Virus record (IMG/VR): IMGVR_UViG_3300036791_000759
Span: 2,414 to 66,413 of that record
Direction: 5' to 3' (one strand)
Source of the DNA: a virus
Length of the DNA: 64,000 nt
Shown piece by piece: positions 28,947 to 38,742 of the stretch. The position numbers were made by a program, and so were the translations under genes. The notes under the pieces were generated by a model. The model ran no database searches, was not told the DNA's origin, and worked only from the letters and a program-made list of their open reading frames with translations. Every line of letters starts with the position of its first letter. The stretch's first letter is position 1.

Positions 28947-29735
28947 TCACGCCAAGAATGTGTAACGGCTCGCCAGGACGATCCAGTGATCGCCTACCCA
29001 CTCGAAAATCAAATCGTCATAGTTGACGTCGCTGACAAACGACGGAGCTGTGTAAATCAAATCCCCCGTCGCAGCCGCGTAGGTGATGTGATAGGTCGCC
29101 GCATTGCCATTGATGTCCACCGGGGCAACACGCTGACCTTCAGTCGGCGTAATCGGGAGAGTAATGGTAATACCGGCACTTGAACCATTCTCCACATAGA
29201 CCCGGCCGTTAAAACCCAACGGCAGCGTCGTGTCCCCGCTCACCGTCATCGGCGGCGATACGTCGGTGATGTCAGGCGCCGACTGGGCGAGAAGATTGGG
29301 ATTAAGTGGCTCCTCAATCGTAACCAGAGTATCGACCTGCTTGCGCCGCTTTGTCGTCGCCGAGCTAGCAATCACCGAAACGACATAGGTAATCCCCGGC
29401 GTCCCTGCTGAAACCCTGACCTCAATCTCTGTGGCTGAACTGGCAATAGCTACGGACTGTATCGAAAGCGGATAATCATCAGAGATCGGCGTCGGTGTTG
29501 CATTGCTGCCAAGCGGATAATCAACTTGCCAGTCCCTACCCAAATTGCTTTCGACACCGACGATCGGATACGAGACGGCAGAGATCGGCTCGCTCGTCCC
29601 TTCATCTTCTTCGGCAAGCCAGCAAGTGAAATCATAAACTAATCTCGTTATGTCCAAGTTCTCCTTAAACACTGGACCAAACGGATCCATCGTGTCGGAC
29701 TCGACATAAAAGGTATAATCAGGATCCGCAGCCAT
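28947..29735 (-). CDS. Putative fibre-tail adaptor protein
   Basis: KENLDITRLVYDFTCWL..VSAGTPGITYVVS pattern; location in tail module. Confidence 0.6.
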   Translation of the reverse strand: MAADPDYTFYVESDTMDPFGPVFKENLDITRLVYDFTCWLAEEDEGTSEPISAVSYPIVGVESNLGRDWQVDYPLGSNATPTPISDDYPLSIQSVAIASSATEIEVRVSAGTPGITYVVSVIASSATTKRRKQVDTLVTIEEPLNPNLLAQSAPDITDVSPPMTVSGDTTLPLGFNGRVYVENGSSAGITITLPITPTEGQRVAPVDINGNAATYHITYAAATGDLIYTAPSFVSDVNYDDLIFEWVGDHWIVLASRYTFLA

Positions 29736-29742
29736 TCTCAGC

Positions 29743-30396
29743 TCACGAGTTTTTCACCCGGCCCGGCGCGAAGAGCGGATACCGCCACGACGCACCGTCG
29801 GTGATGTTGTTGGCCTGCACCAAAGCTCGCGCCCCAGCACAACCCGAGACGTATTGAACACCATAAAGATGCGCCGACTGCATGTTGGAATAGGGCTTCC
29901 CCGGCTGCATGCAGAGCCGGTACATCATCCCCGCCTGCAAGCACTCGAACCACATCGTCCAGACATCGTAAGGCAACTTTGTCGCCAAGCTCTCAGGCTT
30001 TAAAGCCAGCAGGATCTCACCGTTGCGCGTGCTGGGCGGCGGGGTCGCGTTCAGATCGCGAATCCGGCCGGGGGGCTCGAACTTGAAATTATCAGGACCA
30101 CGAAACCATAAAAACCGAAACGTTCGCCAGTCATTATCCCACGGATCAAAATTCAGCGTGTAGACCCCCGAATCCATCCGCCAATAAACATGCTCACGGC
30201 GATAAGTCGTTCGTTGGTAAAAATCCTGAATTGTATTCCACGCTACTAACGCAATCATATCGGTAGTGACGCCAGGCACCTGTGCCATGACGTTATCGTA
30301 GAGCCGCGCCAGATCGGGATCATCCGATAAAAACGGCGGAAGCTCGCACGGACCACCGGTGATCGCAGGTATCTGGATGGTTCGGGTGCGGGCCAT
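29743..30396 (-). CDS. Putative tail adaptor / tubular protein A-like
   Basis: AGMMYRLCMQPGKPYSN motif; position after capsid. Confidence 0.6.
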   Translation of the reverse strand: MARTRTIQIPAITGGPCELPPFLSDDPDLARLYDNVMAQVPGVTTDMIALVAWNTIQDFYQRTTYRREHVYWRMDSGVYTLNFDPWDNDWRTFRFLWFRGPDNFKFEPPGRIRDLNATPPPSTRNGEILLALKPESLATKLPYDVWTMWFECLQAGMMYRLCMQPGKPYSNMQSAHLYGVQYVSGCAGARALVQANNITDGASWRYPLFAPGRVKNS

Positions 30397-30788
30397 CACG
30401 CGGTCGCCGACATCAACATAGAAACAAACTTATTCATCAGCGTAATCGCGCGCCCACTATCCGAGAACGTATCCTCGACCAGCTCGCTGCGACCCACGAC
30501 ATAGAACAGAAGCGGCGAATAAAACTGATCGTCAAACGGCAACACCGTCCCCGTATCGGCCGGCATCTGATAGATCGGCATCGGGTTGCGCAGCCCAAAA
30601 AACAAGAATGCATCGGGGCGCTTTGAACGGATCTGCAGCATACCTTCGTTGAGCGTCGTAACCAGCGCAGCATCGGTAAACCGAGGCAGCCCGCTGATCG
30701 GCGTCGTGTCGTTCAGCAGCTGACGTGCTTCGGTCAGCAAACTGCCCACGCTGCGTGTGCTAACGATGTATGGCGTCGGCGCCGGCAT
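30396..30788 (-). CDS. Putative head-tail adaptor
   Basis: ARQLLND..RFTDAALVTTLNEG..RPDA motif. Confidence 0.65.
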   Translation of the reverse strand: MPAPTPYIVSTRSVGSLLTEARQLLNDTTPISGLPRFTDAALVTTLNEGMLQIRSKRPDAFLFFGLRNPMPIYQMPADTGTVLPFDDQFYSPLLFYVVGRSELVEDTFSDSGRAITLMNKFVSMLMSATA

Positions 30789-30953
30789 CTATTTCTTCCG
30801 GCGAGCATTCATCTTAGCCTGGCCGCGAGCATCCTGGCGCTTGTCGGCCGCGCTGCGCTCATAAGCTTTCAGGCTCTGACCTGACTTCTTAGCGCCGCGC
30901 GTATCCTCGCGGATATCAGCAGGCGAGCCCTCGTAACGCTTTCCTCGTGCCAT
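30789..30953 (-). CDS. Small highly basic protein, 54 aa (not in ORF track)
   Basis: GGAGG RBS; MARGKRYEGSPADIREDTRGAKKSGQSLKAYERSAADKRQDARGQAKMNARRKK. Confidence 0.7.
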   Translation of the reverse strand: MARGKRYEGSPADIREDTRGAKKSGQSLKAYERSAADKRQDARGQAKMNARRKK

Positions 30954-30966
30954 ATCAGCCTCCGGT

Positions 30967-31009
30967 AAAAAGGGTCAGCGGCGCAGCCCCATGATCCACT
31001 CCGCTGACC
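30967..31009 (-). terminator. Terminator downstream of major capsid gene
   Basis: GGTCAGCGG/CCGCTGACC stem followed by a T-run on the - strand. Confidence 0.6.
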
Positions 31010-31050
31010 AGTTACTACCGTAGCAACGGCTAATCTATAATACCTATAGA

Positions 31051-32022
31051 TTAGCTCGCCGCACAATAAAGCTCGACAAGCGTCTTGCCGTCGAGAACTT
31101 TTGTACCAAACACCTGCAACCCGCGCAGAATATTGCCAAAGGTCAGCTCGGAACGCAGTGTCTCGACATTGCTGATCTGACTGGCAAACGTCAGCCCAGC
31201 CGGATGTCCTGCGAAGATACGCGTACAGTGATGCGTACCGTCGGTCACCGCCGGCAGCAGATTCGAGCTGTAGAGCGTAAACCGGTCGATCATACCAAGC
31301 CGGCCATTTCTCGCGAGAGAAACACCGTCGCCCGAGATCGACGCATTACGCAGGTCAGACTTCTTGATCATCGACCCAAACCACGGCGGAATGACAAGCC
31401 AACGTCCCGTCTCCGGGATGTTATACTCATCGAGGCATTGACCCATATTGACGATCTGGTCAACGACGTTGCCTGCCGTGCCTGAAGCACCGCCAACAAC
31501 GATAACCGGCGTCCCCGTCACCCCCAGGTTGATGTTCTGCGAAATCGCCCCGGCTGTCGCCCCCTTGTTAAACGTATCGATGCCCGCATCGATCGTACCC
31601 AAGACGGTCGTGTCGATCTGGATCTTCATCTGCTCGGATGCATCGTCCGCCCACATCGACAGCAGCTCCATATCCGACTGGAACTTCATCACATCATCGA
31701 GCACCAGGTTGAAGTACTTGGCATAGTCGATGGTCAGCTCGACCGTCGAACCCGACGGGCGATCAACCGTCAACGCCATATCCAGCTGGTAATCGTGGAT
31801 GGTAATGGTCGGCTTGGTGCGGATCTTGACCTTGTCGCCCATGTTCCTGATCTCGCCCTCATAGTCGGTGTTTGAGATGGCGTTCAGAACAGTCGCGGCA
31901 TAGAACTTCTCGATCAGCTTGCCCGCCCAGATTTCTGGTACGAACACACCACCGGCCGGCGCCCCCGTATAGGCTGGGTTAGCCGCTACACCGGAATACG
32001 GTGTACCTTGTGAAATAGCCAT
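31051..32022 (-). CDS. Major capsid protein
   Basis: FVPEIWAGKLIEKFY..ISNTDYEGEI..GDKVKIR pattern; follows scaffold; strong RBS. Confidence 0.9.
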   Translation of the reverse strand: MAISQGTPYSGVAANPAYTGAPAGGVFVPEIWAGKLIEKFYAATVLNAISNTDYEGEIRNMGDKVKIRTKPTITIHDYQLDMALTVDRPSGSTVELTIDYAKYFNLVLDDVMKFQSDMELLSMWADDASEQMKIQIDTTVLGTIDAGIDTFNKGATAGAISQNINLGVTGTPVIVVGGASGTAGNVVDQIVNMGQCLDEYNIPETGRWLVIPPWFGSMIKKSDLRNASISGDGVSLARNGRLGMIDRFTLYSSNLLPAVTDGTHHCTRIFAGHPAGLTFASQISNVETLRSELTFGNILRGLQVFGTKVLDGKTLVELYCAAS

Positions 32023-32037
32023 CGCGGCCCTCCGAAG

Positions 32038-33075
32038 TTATGCATTGCGCACGCGCCCTTCGGAGGCCGCATCGAAGATATCCCGTTCTAGCCGCTCGGC
32101 TTCATCCTCCCGGCCCCGGTACTTTCCCCGCGTGCGATCTTCGTAGAACGCAGTGATGTCGCGGTTAGTCCAGATGCGCTTCTCGGGAGCGCCGCCACCG
32201 GGTGTCGCGCGTGATGCGCGGCCAGGTGCAGCAAAATCCTCCAACCTCGGCGGCTGCCCCGTGTCAACGTAGCCATTAGCTCCGTTGTACGTCTGGGGAG
32301 GTGACGAAGGTGGCGGATTGCGGTCGGTGTGCTCTCTCATATACGCTTTGAAGAATCTTCCGGTGCGGTCCGCATCCCCACCAGAATAGGCGTGGTTGAG
32401 CATCACATAACGTGACACCCCACTAAACGGATCGATCTCCTGTAGCCATTGAATAAAGTTCGGGTCGTGATTGAGCCGTTGCCAATTTCCATTGGCCAGC
32501 TCGGGATCACTATCAAGTTCACGCTCAAGACGGTTTGTCGCCGTCTGCGCCGTCTGTCGGTCCTGCCCGGCGCGCAAGTTCCTGATCTCACCACGCAGCT
32601 CATTCAGCTCAGCCTGAACCTCACCGCGCGCCCAGCGACGCGACGCCTCGATCAGCTCGGGCCCATATGCCTGCTGGTCCTCCTCCGACACCGGCGAATA
32701 CGCTGGCACCGATTCCGGCGCCGGCATCTGTGGTGGCGGCGGTGCCGTCCGCATCGTGGCAATAAGGTTCTCCAGGGACTGGACCTGCGCCCGCATCTGC
32801 GGAATTTCACGATCGTATTTGCCCTGCAGTGTCCGGTAACGCTGCTCCCATTCAGCCGGTGGCTGCGCATCCTGCGCCGGCGGTTCCTGGATCGGCGGAC
32901 GCTCGCTGCCCTCCTGCGGCGGCGTTTCCTGCGGCGCCTCACCACCCTCCGGCTGACCACCTTCCTGCTCGGCAATCTGCTTTTGCAGCTCCTCGGCCTG
33001 GCGTGCCCGTCGGCGCACCTGCGGCGGGATCGGCGGTGCGTAAGGATCGACTTCTGTCGTGCGCGGTTCAGCCAT
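32038..33075 (-). CDS. Putative scaffolding protein
   Basis: WEQRYRTLQGKY coiled coil; C-terminal IFDAASEGRV; immediately upstream of capsid. Confidence 0.75.
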   Translation of the reverse strand: MAEPRTTEVDPYAPPIPPQVRRRARQAEELQKQIAEQEGGQPEGGEAPQETPPQEGSERPPIQEPPAQDAQPPAEWEQRYRTLQGKYDREIPQMRAQVQSLENLIATMRTAPPPPQMPAPESVPAYSPVSEEDQQAYGPELIEASRRWARGEVQAELNELRGEIRNLRAGQDRQTAQTATNRLERELDSDPELANGNWQRLNHDPNFIQWLQEIDPFSGVSRYVMLNHAYSGGDADRTGRFFKAYMREHTDRNPPPSSPPQTYNGANGYVDTGQPPRLEDFAAPGRASRATPGGGAPEKRIWTNRDITAFYEDRTRGKYRGREDEAERLERDIFDAASEGRVRNA

Positions 33076-33340
33076 TGAACCGCCTCGCATGTTCGAGTGA
33101 CGGTGTTGGCTTACCCTTGCGCGGCCCGGTCGGCCCCGCCTCGGCGATCTCAATAAAGATGATCAGATCACGCAAGGCGCGCGCATAGCCACAGACATCG
33201 GGCGTGCCGGTCTCGACGGCGGCGTTCATAAACTTGCCCATCTGCTCAGTCAGCCCTGCCTTTACCTGCGCCCAGTCACTAGTCGTTCGCAGATTGAGGA
33301 TCGCCTCGACGGCGGCTGAACCGAGATTGACAATGCTCAT
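33068..33340 (-). CDS. Hypothetical protein (head module)
   Basis: Coupled ORF between portal and scaffold. Confidence 0.7.
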   Translation of the reverse strand: MSIVNLGSAAVEAILNLRTTSDWAQVKAGLTEQMGKFMNAAVETGTPDVCGYARALRDLIIFIEIAEAGPTGPRKGKPTPSLEHARRFNG

Positions 33341-33600
33341 CAGAACATCCCACCTCCACCACCATCGAGCCCGGGCAACCCACCCTTGCCGTAGTGGTTG
33401 AAGCTATGTGACAGCTGATTCTCGCCGGTGATGTTCGACATCCCGGCGCCGCGCCGGCCGACGATCGACCCGAGACGCTGGACGTGAATCGACTTACCCA
33501 GCGGGCGTAGCGCGCCCTTTACCGGCGGCTCCTCGCCCATCATCCCCATCGACCCACCCGACGACAGGTAGACCATCGAGGGCTGCGAAGAACGCGCCAT
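33340..33600 (-). CDS. Hypothetical protein
   Basis: Coupled ORF with GGAGG RBS. Confidence 0.65.
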   Translation of the reverse strand: MARSSQPSMVYLSSGGSMGMMGEEPPVKGALRPLGKSIHVQRLGSIVGRRGAGMSNITGENQLSHSFNHYGKGGLPGLDGGGGGMF

Positions 33601-33857
33601 CAGCCGCCCTCCTCCGGCCCGACACCACCGACATAAACATCAGTCGTTGGGCGGATAAAATCCGCCGACATATCGATCGCGGAACCCTTCGGATAGCTCC
33701 GATCCGACCCGGTCGGGCCAGTGTCCTCACCATGCGGCGGGCCGCCGCTGATACGGTCAGTTTCGGTATGCACCGAGGTCTGCTTGGTGCCAGGTGAAGC
33801 AGCACTCTTTGGGTAAGTGCGACGTTCGACACCGCTGTCAGGGCTCATCAAGGCCAT
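33600..33857 (-). CDS. Hypothetical protein
   Basis: GAGGAGG RBS before MALMSPDSG. Confidence 0.65.
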   Translation of the reverse strand: MALMSPDSGVERRTYPKSAASPGTKQTSVHTETDRISGGPPHGEDTGPTGSDRSYPKGSAIDMSADFIRPTTDVYVGGVGPEEGG

Positions 33858-33867
33858 AGAAACCTCC

Positions 33868-34371
33868 TCACTGCGGAGTTTTGTAGTACTTCGACCTGTC
33901 TGGCGGAGAATCGTCAGACAAAGTCGGACTGTAAAAATCGCCAAACAAAGTCTTTGGGTATTCGCGACTGCCAGGGAGAACCACGGTGTTGCCTGGCTCG
34001 GCACGCTGAAAGTAATCCTGCAGCGCATCAGGGCCCATCATGTTGGTTGGACCGGGAGTGAACGTCCAATTCTGGCCGTCCTGAGACCAATGCCCGCCAA
34101 CATAACCATCAGCGCTGCTATACTGTGACTGATCAGAAAACGTCGGGTGGTTTGGCTTCTTGAAAGTATCCGGGTAGTGCCCGTTTGCCGCCGCACCGGC
34201 GTCGTTCAAAAACGCGCCGCGCAAATCGTAATCGTAAGTGTCCCCACTCATGTCGCGGTTGTTTTGCGCTGACTGAGCCTGCAGCCATTGCTGATACTGC
34301 TGCTCCTGATCAGCCGTCAGGGCAGTGTTGTAGCGATCGCTAAAATCGTTGGGATCGTTCGGATCGGCCAT
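33868..34371 (-). CDS. Conserved phage hypothetical protein
   Basis: YNTALT..DYDLRGAF..GHYPDTFKKPNHPTFS motif. Confidence 0.75.
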   Translation of the reverse strand: MADPNDPNDFSDRYNTALTADQEQQYQQWLQAQSAQNNRDMSGDTYDYDLRGAFLNDAGAAANGHYPDTFKKPNHPTFSDQSQYSSADGYVGGHWSQDGQNWTFTPGPTNMMGPDALQDYFQRAEPGNTVVLPGSREYPKTLFGDFYSPTLSDDSPPDRSKYYKTPQ

Positions 34372-35864
34372 CACTGCGTCACCGTGTTGACCGGTTGCAC
34401 CATCGGCTGGTCCTGCGGCATCGGTGGCTGGTTGCCCTGCGCCTGCGCCGCCAGATCAGATGTCGACGTGATCGCCGTCGCCGGCATGACCGGAACGGGC
34501 ATCTGCGACTGCGAAGGCAGCGACGTGTTTGGCATCGCGAAGGGGTCTTGATCGACCGGGGTCAGCGTCACCGGACCCGGCGGCGCAGACTGGGTGAAGG
34601 GATCGTGGCCGACCGGGGTGAGCTGGATCGACGAGCCGGCAGGCGCAGCAAAAGGGTCGTGGTCGACCGAGACCAGGTCGTACTGTTTGCCAGGAGTCGT
34701 CAGGATCGGTTGATGATACGGGGCACTGGGATCGCGGATCAGTTGCTGATTACCCGGCACAAAACCCGGCATGTCCGGTGGATACTGGTCCCAGTTCTGC
34801 CCTTCATATTCTGCCTGAACCTTCCGGGACTGCGTCTCACCGGCAAGATTTTGGTATTTCTGAAATGCGCTATCTTCATCAAGCTCAAGCGGATACTGTG
34901 CAGCAGCCGCTTTCGTCGCCTGGTCATACACATCCGCCGGTAATTTAGAACGAAGCCGATTTAGATTTTCTTGAATACTTGGGTCGTTATCGCTGTAAAC
35001 CAATTTTCTCCGCAGGTAATACATCAAGTAATTAGCATCATCCTGACCCAGCGTCTTAGCAGCTTCAGCTTTCGCAGTGTCTTGGCTTTTCAGCACAGCA
35101 TCCAACTGGCTGTAATGGCCGGTTGGCAGGAACATTGAATCGCCACCGCCGGGAGCAAACCCCTCAATCTTCTGCACCCCATGCTCCAACTCGTGCAGTA
35201 ACGTCGATGTCAGTTCCTGCTCGCTACGGCCGGACGCCAACCGGACCTTGTTGGTCGCAGGGTTGTAGTCAGCCATAAGAGAACCCTTGTCCTCCCTGGC
35301 AGGCAGCGGTGAAACAGTCGCATCCGCCAGCTTTGGGTAAGCCTGATAAAGAGCAGGATGCTGAAGCACGTCGGGGAGCTTGTACTCCCCGGGACGTAGC
35401 GCCAGCGTCTCCGGTGTCCCCGGTCTGGTGTAACCCGAGTCCATCGCACCCGAAGCATGCTTGTAAGGGGCGACGATGACTTTCGGCGGCACTGCCGGTG
35501 TGACATCAAAATTACTACGATTGAGCGCAGCCCCCCGATCGGGCAGCACCCACTGCCACGTCCCGTCAGCCCCGCGAAACCACCCGGTCTGATAGAAAAT
35601 ATTCTTGTCGGGCACACCCTGCGACGCCAACTGCTTCGCCGCCGTCACCGGCATCCCCGGCCCAACTTGAGTGGGTGGACCGGCAACAGTAGCTGTCCCC
35701 GCCAATGCCGAAGCCCATGTAGGGGTATCATTAGCACCCGCTGAAGCCACCGAAGTCGGCGGAATCAAAACTGTCGGGCTAACCCGCGCCGCACCCTGCT
35801 CGCCGCCAAACATGACCGGCTGAAGCGCGGTCCTCGGCTGTGTGGGTATGGAGATGCCGCGCAT
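34371..35864 (-). CDS. LPD23-like polyvalent-protein domain with zincin metallopeptidase motif
   Basis: TGWFRGADGTW, HPALYQAYPKL, LLHELEHGVQKIEGFAPGG, YQNLAGETQSR motifs. Confidence 0.75.
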   Translation of the reverse strand: MRGISIPTQPRTALQPVMFGGEQGAARVSPTVLIPPTSVASAGANDTPTWASALAGTATVAGPPTQVGPGMPVTAAKQLASQGVPDKNIFYQTGWFRGADGTWQWVLPDRGAALNRSNFDVTPAVPPKVIVAPYKHASGAMDSGYTRPGTPETLALRPGEYKLPDVLQHPALYQAYPKLADATVSPLPAREDKGSLMADYNPATNKVRLASGRSEQELTSTLLHELEHGVQKIEGFAPGGGDSMFLPTGHYSQLDAVLKSQDTAKAEAAKTLGQDDANYLMYYLRRKLVYSDNDPSIQENLNRLRSKLPADVYDQATKAAAAQYPLELDEDSAFQKYQNLAGETQSRKVQAEYEGQNWDQYPPDMPGFVPGNQQLIRDPSAPYHQPILTTPGKQYDLVSVDHDPFAAPAGSSIQLTPVGHDPFTQSAPPGPVTLTPVDQDPFAMPNTSLPSQSQMPVPVMPATAITSTSDLAAQAQGNQPPMPQDQPMVQPVNTVTQ

Positions 35865-35865
35865 C

Positions 35866-38082
35866 TCACTGCACCATCAGGTACTTCCCCTGCCGCCCAG
35901 GACGGGGGTCAGGGACATAGTGATTGCCGTCTGGTGCCATGCGGGCACCGGGAAGCGGCGGCTGACCGGACGGTGCCTGCGGCGGCTGCGGCGGCTGCGG
36001 TGGCTGCGGTGGCTGCGGGCCTGCCGCTGCGGCAGGCCCGATCTGACCGCCGGCCTGGTTGCGCGCCATCGCCTGCTGCGCCTCCATCGCCAGCTGTGCC
36101 GCCTGCTGTGCCTTCTGCTGCTCGGCCTGCTGCTGCACCGTGTCGTCGTCGGGCACGATGTCGTCGGGCAACCCCAGCCCCTTGGCCAAGGCACGCAGCA
36201 CACGACCCCGGCCGACCTCGCCGACAATCTGCGAGTCGAGCGGGTTCATCGTAATCTGGAGGAACTGCAGCTGCTTCTGCTGCTCGGTCTCTTTTTGCAG
36301 CGCCACGACGACGCCATTGACCTCGATCTGCTCGTTACCGGTCAGCAGTCCTGACCGGTCGGTCAGCATGATCATGTCGTAGAGCCGGTCGAGCACACCG
36401 CGCAGCACATCGTCATCGATGTTGGCGGCGACCGTTTGTAAGACCTTCTGAGCGTTGCCCATCAGCATCGAAAGACCGGAAGCGGTGCGGCCAGCGCCGC
36501 CCTTCAAGCTCTCGCCGGTGATGTAGCGCGGGATCGCCGAGATATCGTCGGCGAGGCCCGTCACCGCCTGGTAGATGCCGATCAGCTCCTGGGCGTTGGA
36601 CGACGGCTGAAAGAAGGTCACCGGCTCCCGGGTCGAGCCCAACGGGTCCGACAGGATCTTCCAGCGCTTCCAAGGATAGAGATTGTCTTCGTTAGTCGTC
36701 GGGTCGAGGAGTTCAGTATTGACGACAACCTGGGGACCGCTAGCGATCGACATATTGTTGACCAATGCTCGGAGCGTCGCATTAGCGACTTCCTGCAGAT
36801 CTTCAAGGATGTCAGTCAGCCCGTGCCCAGCGACGGTGCCCGGCACCTTCTCAAAACTGGTCAGGTAATAGGGGTGCCGCTGGCGCGGGCTCGGGCTGAT
36901 CTGGGTCTTGAGCGTGTGCTGCCCGACGACCCAGCTCTCCACCAGGTAATCCCGATCAAGGTCGGGCACCTGTTGTCGCGCAACACCGTTCTCCAGGAGC
37001 ATCCGCCCCTGGATGTGTCCGTGGTACTCGATGCAGTCAATCAGCTGCGAATAGTTCATAAACGGCGATTCGCGGTTGCGCAGCAGTGCCGCCTCGGTAT
37101 CCGGCGCGTCGAGCCAGTCTCTGAGGCCATGCGCGTAGTCTTCGAGCGAAGCGAGCACCGCCGCGTTGTTGTAGCCGGGCAGCCCGATCAGCGCGTTGAG
37201 GTCGGCCCGGGTTAATTTTTTGCGCTCGATGATCTCGGCGCTTTCCAGCGAGACCGCACCGGGATCCCAGTAGAGGTTAAAGGGGTCAACCCGCTCCCAG
37301 AACATCTGCGGGATGTTCTGGATCGACGGTGTGTTGCCCTGCCACTGCAGCTTGGGCACCATCCGAACCGTCGGCCCCTTGATGCAGGCGAAAGGGTAGA
37401 GCGGCAGATCGACCAGGAACTCCGCCAGGGCATCGTAGAAATGCCCCTGCATCAGGATGTCGTCGATCTTGTTAGAGGCGGCCTCGGCCTGGTTCTGCGC
37501 CTGACGCAACGCTGTCTGCTGCGCCTGGTGAACCAGGTTGACGTAGCGCATATGCGCCGAGTCGGGGTCAGGCGGGGTGCCCATCGCGTGTTGCTGCGCC
37601 GCCTCGGACGCGACAACCTGGGCAATCGCCGACATGATCTGTGGCGGGATCGGCGGGTCGGGCTGCGACTCGATCGTCCACGGCCGGTCGCCCCCAAGAT
37701 AGACATCACGCAGCAGTGATGTCGCGCCGCGACACTTGACCGCCACCAGGCGAGAATACACCACCGACCCGCCGAACTTTAAAATCTCCTGGCGCTTATC
37801 GGGATCGTATTGACCCTCGAACACACGCTGCGCCCGTAGTAATCTCTGATTCAGGGGATTGTTACCGGTGTTCCGATGATTGCGGAACATCTGCCAGCGA
37901 TTGCGTATGTACTTGGATAGGTCTTCGACTGTCGGTGGACGGTTTCTTTGCGACTGCGCAGCCAGATTGTCGGCGTCTTGTTGATCCAACTCAGCGGGGG
38001 AGACAACGCGCAGGAAGCCCGGCGCCATCCGATTAGCGGCGGGCGGCGAGGAGGAGGTTCTCCCCGGTATCGCCTGCGGCAC
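35866..38082 (-). CDS. Portal protein
   Basis: 738 aa, first gene of virion operon; NATLRALVNNMSIASGPQV and GRTASGLSMLM motifs. Confidence 0.88.
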   Translation of the reverse strand: MPQAIPGRTSSSPPAANRMAPGFLRVVSPAELDQQDADNLAAQSQRNRPPTVEDLSKYIRNRWQMFRNHRNTGNNPLNQRLLRAQRVFEGQYDPDKRQEILKFGGSVVYSRLVAVKCRGATSLLRDVYLGGDRPWTIESQPDPPIPPQIMSAIAQVVASEAAQQHAMGTPPDPDSAHMRYVNLVHQAQQTALRQAQNQAEAASNKIDDILMQGHFYDALAEFLVDLPLYPFACIKGPTVRMVPKLQWQGNTPSIQNIPQMFWERVDPFNLYWDPGAVSLESAEIIERKKLTRADLNALIGLPGYNNAAVLASLEDYAHGLRDWLDAPDTEAALLRNRESPFMNYSQLIDCIEYHGHIQGRMLLENGVARQQVPDLDRDYLVESWVVGQHTLKTQISPSPRQRHPYYLTSFEKVPGTVAGHGLTDILEDLQEVANATLRALVNNMSIASGPQVVVNTELLDPTTNEDNLYPWKRWKILSDPLGSTREPVTFFQPSSNAQELIGIYQAVTGLADDISAIPRYITGESLKGGAGRTASGLSMLMGNAQKVLQTVAANIDDDVLRGVLDRLYDMIMLTDRSGLLTGNEQIEVNGVVVALQKETEQQKQLQFLQITMNPLDSQIVGEVGRGRVLRALAKGLGLPDDIVPDDDTVQQQAEQQKAQQAAQLAMEAQQAMARNQAGGQIGPAAAAGPQPPQPPQPPQPPQAPSGQPPLPGARMAPDGNHYVPDPRPGRQGKYLMVQ

Positions 38083-38136
38083 TTTTATGTTCCCCTATGA
38101 GTTTATAGGCCCTATAGATATACCACAGGTCAGGAA

Positions 38137-38742
38137 ATGCGCAATACCCCAGGAAATTCGCGCGTGAATGGCTCCTCAATCGACGCCCTGATCGACGAAG
38201 TTATCGTGCTGGATGACAACCCGGCAGTCGATGACGCGCTGATCCTCAAACTACAATATGACCTGGCACTGCAGCTCCACCCATTTGACGAGATCGCCAT
38301 CCGCTACGGGCTCAGAACACCGGAGCGGCTTTACAAATATCTCAAGGGCCACCCCAACATCGTCGCCGGTGTAAAGAAGCTCCGCGCCAACCTCGAAAGC
38401 GAAGAGGGTGTCGAAGCCCGGGTGCGCCTAAAAGCCCTCGCCGCCACCGAGAACCTCATCATCCCCACCGCGTCGATCGCCGCCGATCCCCGGATCCCGG
38501 CGCAGCAACGGATCGATGCGTTTAAGCAGCTCAACCGCGTCGGCGGTGTCGATGGCAGTCAGGCCGCCAATAAAAACGCCAGCACGATCGGCGCAAACTT
38601 TGTTCTTAATATTCACTTCCGCAACGGTAGTGACGAAACCATCGTTGCTACGGTAGCACCCCCCGACGAACCTCGTAAGACCACAAGGTCACCAACCCTC
38701 GAAGACGATGATGATCCAGAGTTCGAGGACGAGGACATCTAG
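38137..38742 (+). CDS. Putative terminase small subunit
   Basis: Immediately upstream of TerL; HTH-like N-terminus, helical core, FVLNIHF strand. Confidence 0.65.
   Translation: MRNTPGNSRVNGSSIDALIDEVIVLDDNPAVDDALILKLQYDLALQLHPFDEIAIRYGLRTPERLYKYLKGHPNIVAGVKKLRANLESEEGVEARVRLKALAATENLIIPTASIAADPRIPAQQRIDAFKQLNRVGGVDGSQAANKNASTIGANFVLNIHFRNGSDETIVATVAPPDEPRKTTRSPTLEDDDDPEFEDEDI

Noticed and set aside
35977-36020. GGCTGCGGC tandem repeats in the portal gene
   Set aside because: Encode a PQP low-complexity C-terminal tail.
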